Positions 9,801 through 18,630 of a DNA stretch of 64,000 nucleotides are shown here, piece after piece. Under the pieces are notes generated by a model that was not told where the DNA came from, did not search any database, and worked only from the letters and a program-made list of their open reading frames with translations. This stretch comes from Candidatus Nanoarchaeia archaeon (GTDB taxonomy: Archaea > Nanobdellota > Nanobdellia > Woesearchaeales > DATDXC01), in NCBI GenBank assembly GCA_035289425.1, contig DATDXC010000038.1, positions 732-64,731 of the forward strand, in the 5' to 3' direction. A program made the translations under genes and the position numbers. Each line of letters starts with the position of its first letter. The first letter of the stretch is position 1.

Positions 9801-11722
9801 AAAGTTATGTCCCTACTGGTTTACTATTGTCTCCGGTGTTTGATTCAGGAGGATCAGCCACATGGGGCACTATTACCTGGACTGAAAGTGTGCCTCCTGG
9901 AACAGACATAGTCATAGAGATTAGGACAGGCAATAGTGCATCGCCTGATGCAACCTGGGATAATTATGGCTGGGGTGACTCAGTTTATACCTCTTCTGGC
10001 ATTGTAGCCCAAGCACCAGGCAGGTATATCCAATGGAGGGCAAATATGAGCACTACTGACGGTAATGTAACTCCTCTATTGCAGGATGTGAGCATAAGCT
10101 ATTCTGTCGAGCAGACTGGTACCAACAATATAACCTTAACAGGCGCAAACATCTACGATTGCTTCGGAACCTCAGGAGAGCAGGATGATTGGGATTTCAA
10201 GAATGTGCAGCTCGTTGCATGGGAGTGGCCTGTTGACATACAGAAATCCAATCACTTTTTAGCTGGACCAGTGACCTTGGGAGAGAGTTCTCTATCATAT
10301 ACTACTTCATTCAATCCGGGTGTTATGCCTGAATTTATGAAATCTGGTGTGCTTACCTTTGATGCATTGGGTTCTGCTCCAAATTATTATGACTGTGTAT
10401 TCGTCAACAATAATTATATCGGCCGGATGGACGAGCAGAGATACTATGAAGGAAATCTGTGGAATAATGTCAGTTTTGATGTCCCCTTATACGCATTGAA
10501 TGATTCTACTGTCGATATTCGCATCACTTCAGGAACAGTTGATGGATGCCAGCTTACTTCAGGCACTAATGATGGCTGGCAGTTCCAGAATCTGAATTTT
10601 ACACTGCGATGGAGCAATACTACCTATACTTATGACCGGTATATGTCAATGTTGGTTATGAGTGATGGACAGGCAAACACTAAGATAGGCCATCGGAGCA
10701 GCTATGACTCTGCTAATGCCGATAATGAGGCAGTACAAAAAGCCTGCCGGGCCTTTGAGGATTATGGTATCAGGATTTATTCAGTGGCATTTGGCAGCGG
10801 GGCTGAAACTGGAACCATGCAGAGCATTGCATGCTGTGATGACTGCAGCCATGCCTACAACGCAAACAATGCAGAGGAGCTCACCTCGATTTATAGTACG
10901 ATAGCTAATAACATCATTGAGCTCCAGTTTGAGGAACAGGCTGCAAATATAACCGGTAATATAAGTACCATTCTTTATACCGATTCCTATATCTCCTTGG
11001 ACTACACTCCAGAAGGGGTGTCCTCTCAGTATGGGAGGCTGCCTGTCACCTTGGAAAGCGATCCATTTGGAAACAGTATAAGCGCGGCTGATTTTGAGGT
11101 GCCCCCCGGCACTGTAGTGTATGACGCCAAGTTAACTTCCTACTCTGGCCAGCGATGGACTGACCGAGCTGCCATCAAGAATGAAACCACACCTTGGAAT
11201 TATTTCTACAATCTTTCACATTATGGACTCCAATATTCTTTATTAGGAGATCCGTACACACTCAATGTGCCCATTAGTTATGTCAGCTCAGGGAATAACA
11301 GCGTTTATGTTTCTACCGCGCAAGGGCCTGGCAACATTTCAATTGGTTCTCCAGACAATAGAGTGATATATACATTAGGTATCGATCTGCAGATCAATTA
11401 TACGGGCGTGTTCGGCAGCGCTGATGGGTGCTCATGGACAGTAACTTTTGATGATGGGAGCCAAACAACGGTACCTATACCCGAGACCTATACCGGTTCC
11501 AAGACCTGTATCTTCACCAATACATCCAATTGCAATATTGATCATAACACCGATGCGATTGACAATGCTGTCTGTCATCTCTTCTCCCAGCTTGACTTTG
11601 ATGATGATGGCATGCTCTTCGTCAAATTCGGATCTGGAGATATAGGGGTAGAATCGTTCTCCATCGGGAAGATACCGTTCATGTGGGGACCAACTATCTT
11701 TGAGGTGAGGGTGTGGAAATGA
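6863..11722 (+). CDS. Large pilin-like adhesin with split vWA, DUF2341 and LamG-like domains
   Basis: RKG|FFYSLD signal; MIDAS-like DRTGS and a distal 'MSDGQAN...IYSVAFG'; DUF2341 'DLRFT...LPYEIEKW...WVKVP...MYYGN'; LamG 'TWYYAV...GFIDELRL'. Confidence 0.85.
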   Translation: MVRKGFFYSLDALIAVMLILAVLVLIPVFYINKEEATNPVYYSSDIIQLLSTLTLVEINNSDVQTLLNTSNITNYNRSIIEQVLRFQVAGDEYRAQKLLNLTIEGLTPRQFTIGVYIEGYSDPLFVSSNNSVHQLISSKQMISGIEKDRAVEGLTSRVFLSGINEMTSSVYIYFGGYIGEGNITRILQLPSGINDVTSGYLELDASANFTLFLNGEYAGYFGVSATNASNLSADHWDMEASYLLNLHSGANTVELFFNDTSHGYIGGGYIRFTYASTELDLYNDAGESTYWFPGIEGIINVYDSFYVPGTLHGAEIFLHLLSNAPVFLSVGNSTIVEINASASSQQILLNSTYISSLLDFTSLGMRTVPLRLGIRNVSFTLGGKSDAVLTTDRTGSMNACDVEISCSTPGICDSTATCHERRDKVAQSSDRTFINEMLSVEGNTVGLIGYGMRSNPVCSFTYLTDENNTLQQHIDDYYGEWCGYTCISCGIVSAAELLVENKMLHGSNQKTAEDQTEYHVGDSGPVSVTENLDLTVNHSAFVKAQLNVFARSIDTENNYKDCVFFNDHYLGRLCESNDDGSTGWHTCSYPILEEWLPSSGAVSGLWSISSQAEFQQCSLSDIDVNSVPGSAQLNLEGAWMDSDYTKRRKLTFDNSAQSEILEGFPVIISLDNSRVDYSQTQNQGQDLRFTNSAGMLLPYEIEKWNESGISSVWVKVPSIAGSSNADYVWMYYGNPAAADNQSSSVWGDYAAVWHMASNQDSSPNNNDLSCTNCPAATGSSYWYDGSNDRHLVANSNLINTGGPWDNKTIEILFKADTIGSGASKDILYEQGSSTKGLNLYVTGTSLYVGGWNRDSSQSNWDGTWLSAGINTGTWYYAVLGLQDGDNSACADCLKGFLNGQEFSSGDGRRLYSNTGNIQIGFGDTRMHSGTSGEDDYDGFIDELRLTNKALSADWIKAQYLSLTDSFISYGDEEVEAGISQSYVPTGLLLSPVFDSGGSATWGTITWTESVPPGTDIVIEIRTGNSASPDATWDNYGWGDSVYTSSGIVAQAPGRYIQWRANMSTTDGNVTPLLQDVSISYSVEQTGTNNITLTGANIYDCFGTSGEQDDWDFKNVQLVAWEWPVDIQKSNHFLAGPVTLGESSLSYTTSFNPGVMPEFMKSGVLTFDALGSAPNYYDCVFVNNNYIGRMDEQRYYEGNLWNNVSFDVPLYALNDSTVDIRITSGTVDGCQLTSGTNDGWQFQNLNFTLRWSNTTYTYDRYMSMLVMSDGQANTKIGHRSSYDSANADNEAVQKACRAFEDYGIRIYSVAFGSGAETGTMQSIACCDDCSHAYNANNAEELTSIYSTIANNIIELQFEEQAANITGNISTILYTDSYISLDYTPEGVSSQYGRLPVTLESDPFGNSISAADFEVPPGTVVYDAKLTSYSGQRWTDRAAIKNETTPWNYFYNLSHYGLQYSLLGDPYTLNVPISYVSSGNNSVYVSTAQGPGNISIGSPDNRVIYTLGIDLQINYTGVFGSADGCSWTVTFDDGSQTTVPIPETYTGSKTCIFTNTSNCNIDHNTDAIDNAVCHLFSQLDFDDDGMLFVKFGSGDIGVESFSIGKIPFMWGPTIFEVRVWK

Positions 11723-12681
11723 ACAAGAAGGGCATGTACTTCACTATATTGACCATTGGATTCCTGCTTATATTTATCTTTGTTTTCGTCATTCCCGGCT
11801 ACAGCAGGCTTGGTGAGAAGATGGCAGTGACTGAAATGCGAGTTGATTCCATGAATGATTTTATTAAGGATCTGCAGCGCGATCTTGAGCGAGGCTTGTA
11901 CATCTCTTCTTTTCGTTCCATAATGGCCATGGAGCAAAGGGTCATTAACACTGGTACTTTCTTGAATGACAGCGAGCACAGCTTTAAGGAAGCCTTGCTC
12001 AATGGAACAGTTGAAGGCATAAATTCAAGCCTTATGGTCGCATCCAAGTTCACAAGCTGGATTGAGAATGTGCAGTCTGAAGCTTCCAAGCTCAATATTG
12101 AAGCTGGTGTGGAGCTGCATGAGGTAAGGGCGTATCAAATAGAGCCATGGAAAGTTTCGGTATGGGTAAATCTTAGCATCAATGTTTCTGATTCAACCGG
12201 CATTGCCTCATGGGAGAGGGAAGAGATTATTGAAACTCAGGTAAAGATAGCAGAATTTGAAGATCCATTGTATGTGGTGTACAGCTTAGGCCGAATCACT
12301 AATATAATAAATATCACACCCTATGGAGACAATTACACCTACAAACAGGGGGACACCTGGTATGTGGATAACTTCATGGACCATATCAATGATTCCTACT
12401 ACACATTTAACCCGGATGCTCCCAGTTTTCTTATGAGATTTGAAAGCAATCTTTCAGGGTCTTCATGCTGCGGCATTGAAAGTCTGGTTAACCTAAAGGA
12501 GCTGGAAAGCGTTGGCTTTTCAGGTTCAGAAATACATACCCAGAGCAGTCTGGTTGACCATTATTATTGGGTAGGTATGACTAATGGCGAATACCGCATT
12601 AATCTCACCCCCTCCTGGGTTAAGCTTGATGGGGATCATCTAAGCACTTATGATGTTGTCGGACTGTCATATCCTGAGTAG
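11719..12681 (+). CDS. Class III signal-peptide pilin-like/surface protein
   Basis: KKG|MYFT followed by a hydrophobic helix; last gene of the pilin operon. Confidence 0.8.
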   Translation: MNKKGMYFTILTIGFLLIFIFVFVIPGYSRLGEKMAVTEMRVDSMNDFIKDLQRDLERGLYISSFRSIMAMEQRVINTGTFLNDSEHSFKEALLNGTVEGINSSLMVASKFTSWIENVQSEASKLNIEAGVELHEVRAYQIEPWKVSVWVNLSINVSDSTGIASWEREEIIETQVKIAEFEDPLYVVYSLGRITNIINITPYGDNYTYKQGDTWYVDNFMDHINDSYYTFNPDAPSFLMRFESNLSGSSCCGIESLVNLKELESVGFSGSEIHTQSSLVDHYYWVGMTNGEYRINLTPSWVKLDGDHLSTYDVVGLSYPE

Positions 12682-12846
12682 GGCTCTGTAGAAAATCTAG
12701 CTATAGCTCGAGTTAGCAGCTTCAAACCTTGGAAGACATAATCGGGAAACTGACATATCCCCGACCGGGACTACTCCCTTGTCAGTTCGTTATTTGATTA
12801 AATTAGGTTTGACCCAAGGCTGCTAACCTACATTTTCTACAGAGCC
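12682..12846. mobile_element. MITE (165 bp) with ~19-bp terminal inverted repeats and a 9-bp target-site duplication
   Basis: Left TIR GGCTCTGTAGAAAATCTAG, right CTACATTTTCTACAGAGCC. CCTGAGTAG is duplicated at 12673-12681 and 12847-12855. Confidence 0.85.
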
Positions 12847-12953
12847 CCTGAGTAGACAAAATAGTATACTAGTATATAAAACCAAAAGATTTAAATAGGT
12901 GCTCTGCCAGTGACCATTTACATATAATTCAGTCCATTAAACGAGGTGAAAAA

Positions 12954-13421
12954 ATGGCAAGGAAAGGACAAGCAGCCATGGAATTTTTGATGACCTATGG
13001 TTGGGCTATCTTGGTTGTCTTGGTAGCTATTGGTGCACTGGCATATTTCGGAGTATTGAATCCGGATACATTCTTGCCTGAGAAGTGCGTCATTAGTTCA
13101 GGAAGCGGTCTGTTCTGCGATAAGTTCAGCGTGTCTTCTGGTACCAGTATACAGCTGAAGGTATCCAACTCACTCGCTGAGGCAGTTACGCTAGAAGCAA
13201 GCGGTTCATCAATCTCACAGGGAGCAAATAGTTGCACCTTAGCTGCAGATACTGCAGTTACCGCAGACAACTCTTCAACGCTCACATTCAGCGGTGGAGG
13301 AACCTGTGCAACATTGACTGCAAGTGGCGCTAAAATCAAGGGAGACATCACCCTGGTCTTTACTGATTCAGATGGATTCTCCAAGACCACAACCGGAAGC
13401 TTGGTTGCGAAAGCACCATAA
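12954..13421 (+). CDS. Probable major type IV pilin
   Basis: RKG|QAAMEFLMTYGWAILVV signal; own TATA box (~12890), GAGGTG RBS and T-rich terminator. Confidence 0.9.
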   Translation: MARKGQAAMEFLMTYGWAILVVLVAIGALAYFGVLNPDTFLPEKCVISSGSGLFCDKFSVSSGTSIQLKVSNSLAEAVTLEASGSSISQGANSCTLAADTAVTADNSSTLTFSGGGTCATLTASGAKIKGDITLVFTDSDGFSKTTTGSLVAKAP

Positions 13422-13446
13422 ATTTATTTTTTTTACTTTTTTTAAA

Positions 13447-13653
13447 ATGAAACTGAGAAGACGGACGATCGGCGACTTATACCTTGCTGCTTCTATATTA
13501 TTCATTTTCTTGTCTTTTGTGTATTCGGGGGCTTTTGAAAGATATGACTTTGCTTTTGCTTTCTTAGTCATCGGACTATTGGTGGCTTTGTTTGGAGCAA
13601 TTACTAAGAGAAAACTTATTCAGCAGGAACATTCCAGGAAACGAAAGAAATAG
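13447..13653 (+). CDS. Small membrane protein
   Basis: 68 aa with two hydrophobic segments. Confidence 0.55.
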   Translation: MKLRRRTIGDLYLAASILFIFLSFVYSGAFERYDFAFAFLVIGLLVALFGAITKRKLIQQEHSRKRKK

Positions 13654-14736
13654 CTATTTGATATATCCTTTCTTATAGAGCAGTTCAGCATTCAATATGC
13701 CGCCACCTGCTGCACCCCTCACTGTGTTGTGGGATAATCCGACGAACCTTATGTCAAAGATGTTGCAGGGCCTTAGCCTGCCGACTGTGACAGCCATTGC
13801 CTTATCGTTGTTCCTGTCCAGTTTGGTCTGAGGCCGGTTGTCCTCTTCCTCATAGATTATAGGCTGCTGAGGGGAAAAGGGGAGGTCTAACTCCTGCGGC
13901 ACTGATTTAAATTCTTTCCAAATTCTTTTTATTTCATCTACTGTTGGAATGTTGCCCTTGAAGTTGACGCTTACGCATGCCATGTGACCATCGGTAACTG
14001 GAACCCTATTGCAATGGGCAGAAATTGTTATTGTATCATTGTTCTTGATCCTGCCCTTCTCTATTCTGCCCAATATCTTTAGGGGCTCTTTCTCTGATTT
14101 TTCTTCCTCGCCGCCTATATAAGGAATCACATTATCTATTATTTCAGGCATGGTGTCAAAAGTTTTTCCTGCTCCTGAGATGGCCTGCATGGTGGTTATG
14201 ATCATCTTGTCTATTGCGTATCCTGCTTTGAGCAGGGCGTAGATTGGCGTTAGGTAACTTTGCACCGAACAATTTGGCTTAACTGCAACAAATCCTTTCT
14301 CCCACCCATGTGCTTTCTGCTGCTCAGGGATTATATTGATATGTTCATGGTTTATTTCAGGAATCAACATAGGGACATTATCGGTCCACCTATGGGCAGA
14401 ATTGTTCGAAACAACCGGAATGCCTGCTGCGGCATATTGGTTTTCGATATCTCTAATCTCATCTTTTTCCATCTCAACTGCCGAGAATACAAAGCTTACC
14501 TCATTTGCTTCTTCAACTTTAGATACATCGTGGACTATTAAGTTCTCTATACTTCTTGGAATCGGTGTTTGCATTGCCCATCTTCCTGCCAGTGCTTCCT
14601 TATAGGATTTACCAGCTGATTTGGGAGACGCAGCTACATAAGAAACTTCAAACCAAGGATGGTTTTCCAATAGCCTGATGTAATTCTGGCCAACCATGCC
14701 GGTTGCTCCTAGTACGCCTACTTTTAGCTTTGACAT
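13654..14736 (-). CDS. asd: Aspartate-semialdehyde dehydrogenase
   Basis: 'VGVLGATGMVGQ', catalytic 'PNCS', 'SHNTVRGAAGG'. Start trimmed to ATG 14736. Confidence 0.95.
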   Translation of the reverse strand: MSKLKVGVLGATGMVGQNYIRLLENHPWFEVSYVAASPKSAGKSYKEALAGRWAMQTPIPRSIENLIVHDVSKVEEANEVSFVFSAVEMEKDEIRDIENQYAAAGIPVVSNNSAHRWTDNVPMLIPEINHEHINIIPEQQKAHGWEKGFVAVKPNCSVQSYLTPIYALLKAGYAIDKMIITTMQAISGAGKTFDTMPEIIDNVIPYIGGEEEKSEKEPLKILGRIEKGRIKNNDTITISAHCNRVPVTDGHMACVSVNFKGNIPTVDEIKRIWKEFKSVPQELDLPFSPQQPIIYEEEDNRPQTKLDRNNDKAMAVTVGRLRPCNIFDIRFVGLSHNTVRGAAGGGILNAELLYKKGYIK

Positions 14737-14773
14737 TTTGACATCCAAATATTTGTGTTTATTTTCCGGAATC

Positions 14774-14890
14774 AATAGTTTACGCTTTTTGCCTCCCAGC
14801 AAAATGCTGGGTTTGCGCTGTAAATCGCAAAGACCAAAAAATTCTCTGAGAGAATTTTTTGATTATATTGGTTTGGCGTAACAATCTATT
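14774..14890 (-). promoter_or_regulatory. Structured 5' leader of asd (candidate cis-regulatory RNA, copy 1)
   Basis: Three hairpins closed by AATAG/CTATT; homologous to 59653-59785 with compensatory base changes. Confidence 0.6.
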
Positions 14891-14964
14891 TTAATTACAC
14901 CTCACATTTAAGTTAAGAACAAAATGTTTGTTTATAAAGATATTGTTAAGATGGTAACAACACC

Positions 14965-16170
14965 CTAGAAAAAGCGGGGTATACCATTTTTTAGAATATC
15001 ATCTAAGTTTGCTTGGGTAAGAGGTTTTCCCTGGACTGCTAGGGCACCACCTGCATTAATTGCAATCAAAAGTTCTTTAGGTGTGGAAACTCTTCTTGTG
15101 ATTAATCGGACAATTCCGGTTGCTAATGATTTGTCTCCAGTTCCGACACTTGCTCCGCCCTCTTCCACATCAAACGAGGGTACGATGGAAGTTGTATATG
15201 TCCAATCATGATTACTGCCCCCACTTACTTGGCTAAGGTCAGACAAATTATTATTATCCCACGTAAATGCAGTGCTCCCGGCAGGCCCATTCTTAAAAAT
15301 TACTATGCCTGGTCCACTTTCAGCATAGCCCAATTGCACAGCCATCCGTTCAAAGGGCATTCTTCCTGTTAAATGATATGCTTCTTTTGCGCTTGGTGCA
15401 AATATATCGATAGATCTTCCAAGGTAAGGCCCCCAATAGCCATCAAGTCCTATGTTCCTCATCCTTTTTAGGTCTCCTCCTGTATCAAGAACTGTTAAGG
15501 TTTTACGTCTCTTAAACTCTTCAAACAGAACCCGTATACCTGTGCCTGATCTCAAGCACATCGAACGTGCAATGTTCAGATAGTAAAATGTTGCTGCCTG
15601 AATCTGGCAGGGATCTGCGGCTCCCATATAATCAGGTGCATATGCATTGTTAGCAACACCAGGCGAGTGAATAAAACTTCTCTCCAAATCACCTGATTCT
15701 GTCTTTCTCACAACCGCAACAGTTCTTGCTGTTCCTCCCTTTAATGGGAAGCATCCTGACATGTCTATGCCTGCTGCTTCGCCGCTTTCTATCAGATACT
15801 TTGCAGAAGTATCATATTCTCCACCATCGGTTCCCAGCGCAAAGAAACCGCCTGTGCTCGGCAGCCCTAACTGGCGCGCATAGCCAGCAACGAACAGCAA
15901 AGCATTCAACCCGCCACCTGGATTTCTCTCAACATACATCCCTTTGATGCCATTGGGATCTTCTCTAAACAAACCAGATCCGGCCATCTGGTTTGTGGAC
16001 CTTTCAAAGATCTCTGCATCATCAGTTTCATTTAAGCCCCCCTCATCTACCGGAAAGCCAGGCACTTTTTCCCTAATTTGAGCATAGGCAACTCCTGGTT
16101 TTGCGTGATAGACCTGGTCATCAACCGCTAAGCCGACCGCTGCCAGCGATATTGGTTTCTTTGTTGACAT
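14965..16170 (-). CDS. PfkB-family carbohydrate kinase (divergent)
   Basis: 'PGGGLNA', 'LGTD', 'FAPSAKEA', 'KNGPAGS' and anion-hole 'VGTGD'. Confidence 0.8.
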   Translation of the reverse strand: MSTKKPISLAAVGLAVDDQVYHAKPGVAYAQIREKVPGFPVDEGGLNETDDAEIFERSTNQMAGSGLFREDPNGIKGMYVERNPGGGLNALLFVAGYARQLGLPSTGGFFALGTDGGEYDTSAKYLIESGEAAGIDMSGCFPLKGGTARTVAVVRKTESGDLERSFIHSPGVANNAYAPDYMGAADPCQIQAATFYYLNIARSMCLRSGTGIRVLFEEFKRRKTLTVLDTGGDLKRMRNIGLDGYWGPYLGRSIDIFAPSAKEAYHLTGRMPFERMAVQLGYAESGPGIVIFKNGPAGSTAFTWDNNNLSDLSQVSGGSNHDWTYTTSIVPSFDVEEGGASVGTGDKSLATGIVRLITRRVSTPKELLIAINAGGALAVQGKPLTQANLDDILKNGIPRFF

Positions 16171-16172
16171 TT

Positions 16173-17468
16173 TTATCTCCCCATGTTTGCCCTTGCGGCT
16201 TTCAATGCTTGCGTTGTCAAGTGATATTTTGTCAGGAGCCTGCTGTATTCCACCTCTCTTGGGAATGGTTCTGTTCCGGCCACATACCGGAATGCTTGCT
16301 CTGCGACTTCAGTAAAGTGCGCGAAGTGATTGGTGAAGTGTAGCTCTGGAATAATGACTTCATAGCCGTTTCTATTTGTAACATACGCTCCAATACTTGC
16401 ACCTGTAATACCCCTCCTTGTCAATGTTCCCACCTGTGTGGAAAGTGCTTTCATAAAATCAGTACTACTTTCACCATTGGTGGGTTTTACATATATCCTT
16501 TGATGCTTATCCTGTGGTCCTTTTTCAACAATAATGGTTGCTTTGGATTCTAGGGTAGTTGAGTAGTGTTCGTCATCCTCGCCTTGCAGATTCCAGACGA
16601 CTTCGATACCGACCCAGTGTCCATCAAGCTTATAGACAAATGACCCATTGGTCATGACCGGTAATGATCCCCTCAAACCATATGACCTCCCTTTTGTCAT
16701 AGCCATCAGGTTTGAAGCAGGAACTTCTGTGGCCCATCTTCTGGCATATTGTTCCACAAGAGCAATATCTTCTGGAGCGATTGCTGAATTGGGTCTGACC
16801 ATCATGTTGGCCATGTCAACCAAATGGGCAGTTACATCTACGATACCTTCGCCTTGCCATCCTACATCAAAATATTCCAATGGCCTCACAATGCCTTGGT
16901 GGGATTTATCAAGAATATGAATGCTTTTTTTCGTCAGGGCAGGGTGTTCTGGATTTCCAGTTGTTAACTCTCCGAACAATTCAGCATTCTGCATCAGGCA
17001 CATCTGAACAATGGTACCTAACTCATGCCGTTCTGTCATGATGTCCTGAAGGATAGTGCCTCTGTGGGTGGCTCTGTCCAGTAGTTCTTGTACTTCGTCT
17101 GTTCTTTCTGGTTCGATGACCCACGGTTTATCTGCTAGGATCAGGCGATATCCGGTTCCTGCAGTGTGCGCGAGCACGTCAAGCTTACTATGATTCGGAG
17201 ATGCTAGTACCAGAATATCTCCCCTTGACTTTAACATATCTTCGAGCGGAAAACTTGATGGGTGTCTTTGGAATTTGTACCCTAATGCTTCTGCGCCGCT
17301 GTTAGCTACTTTTGTATCGAAGGCCGTGAGCGGATTACTTTCGCTATGGTACACATGAACAGTTGGATCAATCGTCAATCCAGGAATATCATCGAATCTC
17401 TTCCCGAAGAGAAAGGCAGCATGCTGGTGCACTGGATCAAATACGTCAATCTTTAGGTTTGTTGGCAT
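16173..17468 (-). CDS. Gfo/Idh/MocA-related putative oxidoreductase
   Basis: 'DPVHQHAA', 'ILADKPW', 'DIMTERHE', 'QGEGIVDVTAHLVD'. Confidence 0.7.
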   Translation of the reverse strand: MPTNLKIDVFDPVHQHAAFLFGKRFDDIPGLTIDPTVHVYHSESNPLTAFDTKVANSGAEALGYKFQRHPSSFPLEDMLKSRGDILVLASPNHSKLDVLAHTAGTGYRLILADKPWVIEPERTDEVQELLDRATHRGTILQDIMTERHELGTIVQMCLMQNAELFGELTTGNPEHPALTKKSIHILDKSHQGIVRPLEYFDVGWQGEGIVDVTAHLVDMANMMVRPNSAIAPEDIALVEQYARRWATEVPASNLMAMTKGRSYGLRGSLPVMTNGSFVYKLDGHWVGIEVVWNLQGEDDEHYSTTLESKATIIVEKGPQDKHQRIYVKPTNGESSTDFMKALSTQVGTLTRRGITGASIGAYVTNRNGYEVIIPELHFTNHFAHFTEVAEQAFRYVAGTEPFPREVEYSRLLTKYHLTTQALKAARANMGR

Positions 17469-18622
17469 TTTTTATCTCCCCCATGAACTCTTAAGTCCCT
17501 CACATACCCTGGGCCTGGTCTATATGTTCTATCGATAGGTAGTGTAACTGGTCGTCCAAGTTCGCATGATTGGTACAAAGCCAATATAAGTTCTAATGTT
17601 CGAGTCGCATCATCTGGGCTTACAGCTAATTTATTGGAACCTTGAATATGTCTGACTATATTCTGAATTTGAGTCCTATGGGCCATAAGCGGAATAATGT
17701 TGGGATCAGAAGCACTGCTTACACTCTCATATTGTGGATCAGTATATGGAGCATTATCTCGCAGCTGCCAAACTTCCTGTTTAAGATTACCTCCTGCTAA
17801 TATTATCTCCCCTTCAGTTCCCTTCACTATAACCTGTTCCTTATAACCCTCTCTTGATTTCAAATGTGTGGCTGCAAAAATGGTTCCTGTTGCCCCATTT
17901 TCAAATCCTACGGAGGCATACGCATGGTCTTCAGTTTGAATAGAGTGATAGATACGACGTGCTTCTCCAAAAATCTCTCTGACCTCACCACCCAGATGCC
18001 TAAGCAAATCAATGAAATGGATTCCTTGGTTCATCGCAGCGCCACCACCATCATACTGCAATGTTCCTCTCCAGTTTTCTTTATAATATTTAGGATCTCT
18101 CCACCAGGGAACCAGCGCATGTACTTCAGTAAGGTCCCCTAGTTTTCCGTCTTGAATAGCTTGCCTTGTCCTTTGTACACTCGGTTCAAATCTTTTCTGG
18201 GAGACTGGTGCCAGAACAACTCCTTGTGTAAGACAAGCATCAGTCAAATAATCAGCAGCCTTTAAAGTAACTTCAAGCGGTTTATCCATTATCATATGCT
18301 TGCCAGCTTCTGCTGCCCTTACACCATATGATGCATGCTCTCCTGAAGGAGTTACGATGATTACTGCGTTAATATCGTCTCTTGCTAAGAATTCATCAAG
18401 CTCAGTTGTAAAAGTGATATCGCTTGGTAACTCTACACCTTTTTCAGTACCTAATCGTTGCCTGAACTGTTGAAATCTTTCATCGCCACCTCGGTGATTG
18501 AAGTATCCGACAATGTGGGCTCCCTCAACTGGAGGCATGCCTTCCTGGCCTATGATCGCAACTGTATGCATAACTGCAGCATTTCCTAAGCCAATGATTC
18601 CGATTCCGAGGTCTGGCAGCAT
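17453..18622 (-). CDS. Gfo/Idh/MocA-family oxidoreductase
   Basis: GIIGLG Rossmann motif, 'TPSGEH', 'DKPL', 'GGGAAMNQGIHFIDL'. Confidence 0.9.
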   Translation of the reverse strand: MLPDLGIGIIGLGNAAVMHTVAIIGQEGMPPVEGAHIVGYFNHRGGDERFQQFRQRLGTEKGVELPSDITFTTELDEFLARDDINAVIIVTPSGEHASYGVRAAEAGKHMIMDKPLEVTLKAADYLTDACLTQGVVLAPVSQKRFEPSVQRTRQAIQDGKLGDLTEVHALVPWWRDPKYYKENWRGTLQYDGGGAAMNQGIHFIDLLRHLGGEVREIFGEARRIYHSIQTEDHAYASVGFENGATGTIFAATHLKSREGYKEQVIVKGTEGEIILAGGNLKQEVWQLRDNAPYTDPQYESVSSASDPNIIPLMAHRTQIQNIVRHIQGSNKLAVSPDDATRTLELILALYQSCELGRPVTLPIDRTYRPGPGYVRDLRVHGGDKKCQQT

Positions 18623-18630
18623 TTACTTTT

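Noticed and set aside
14737..14802. Lys-rich leader peptide or N-terminal extension of Asd
   Set aside because: It starts at TTG, is in frame with asd with no stop, and its Lys content is explained by A-rich hairpin sequence.
14774..14910. Canonical lysine riboswitch upstream of asd
   Set aside because: A GAGGTG is present, but the AGUA/GAA loop-E motif, GCCGAA and the typical length are not. Kept only as a novel candidate element.
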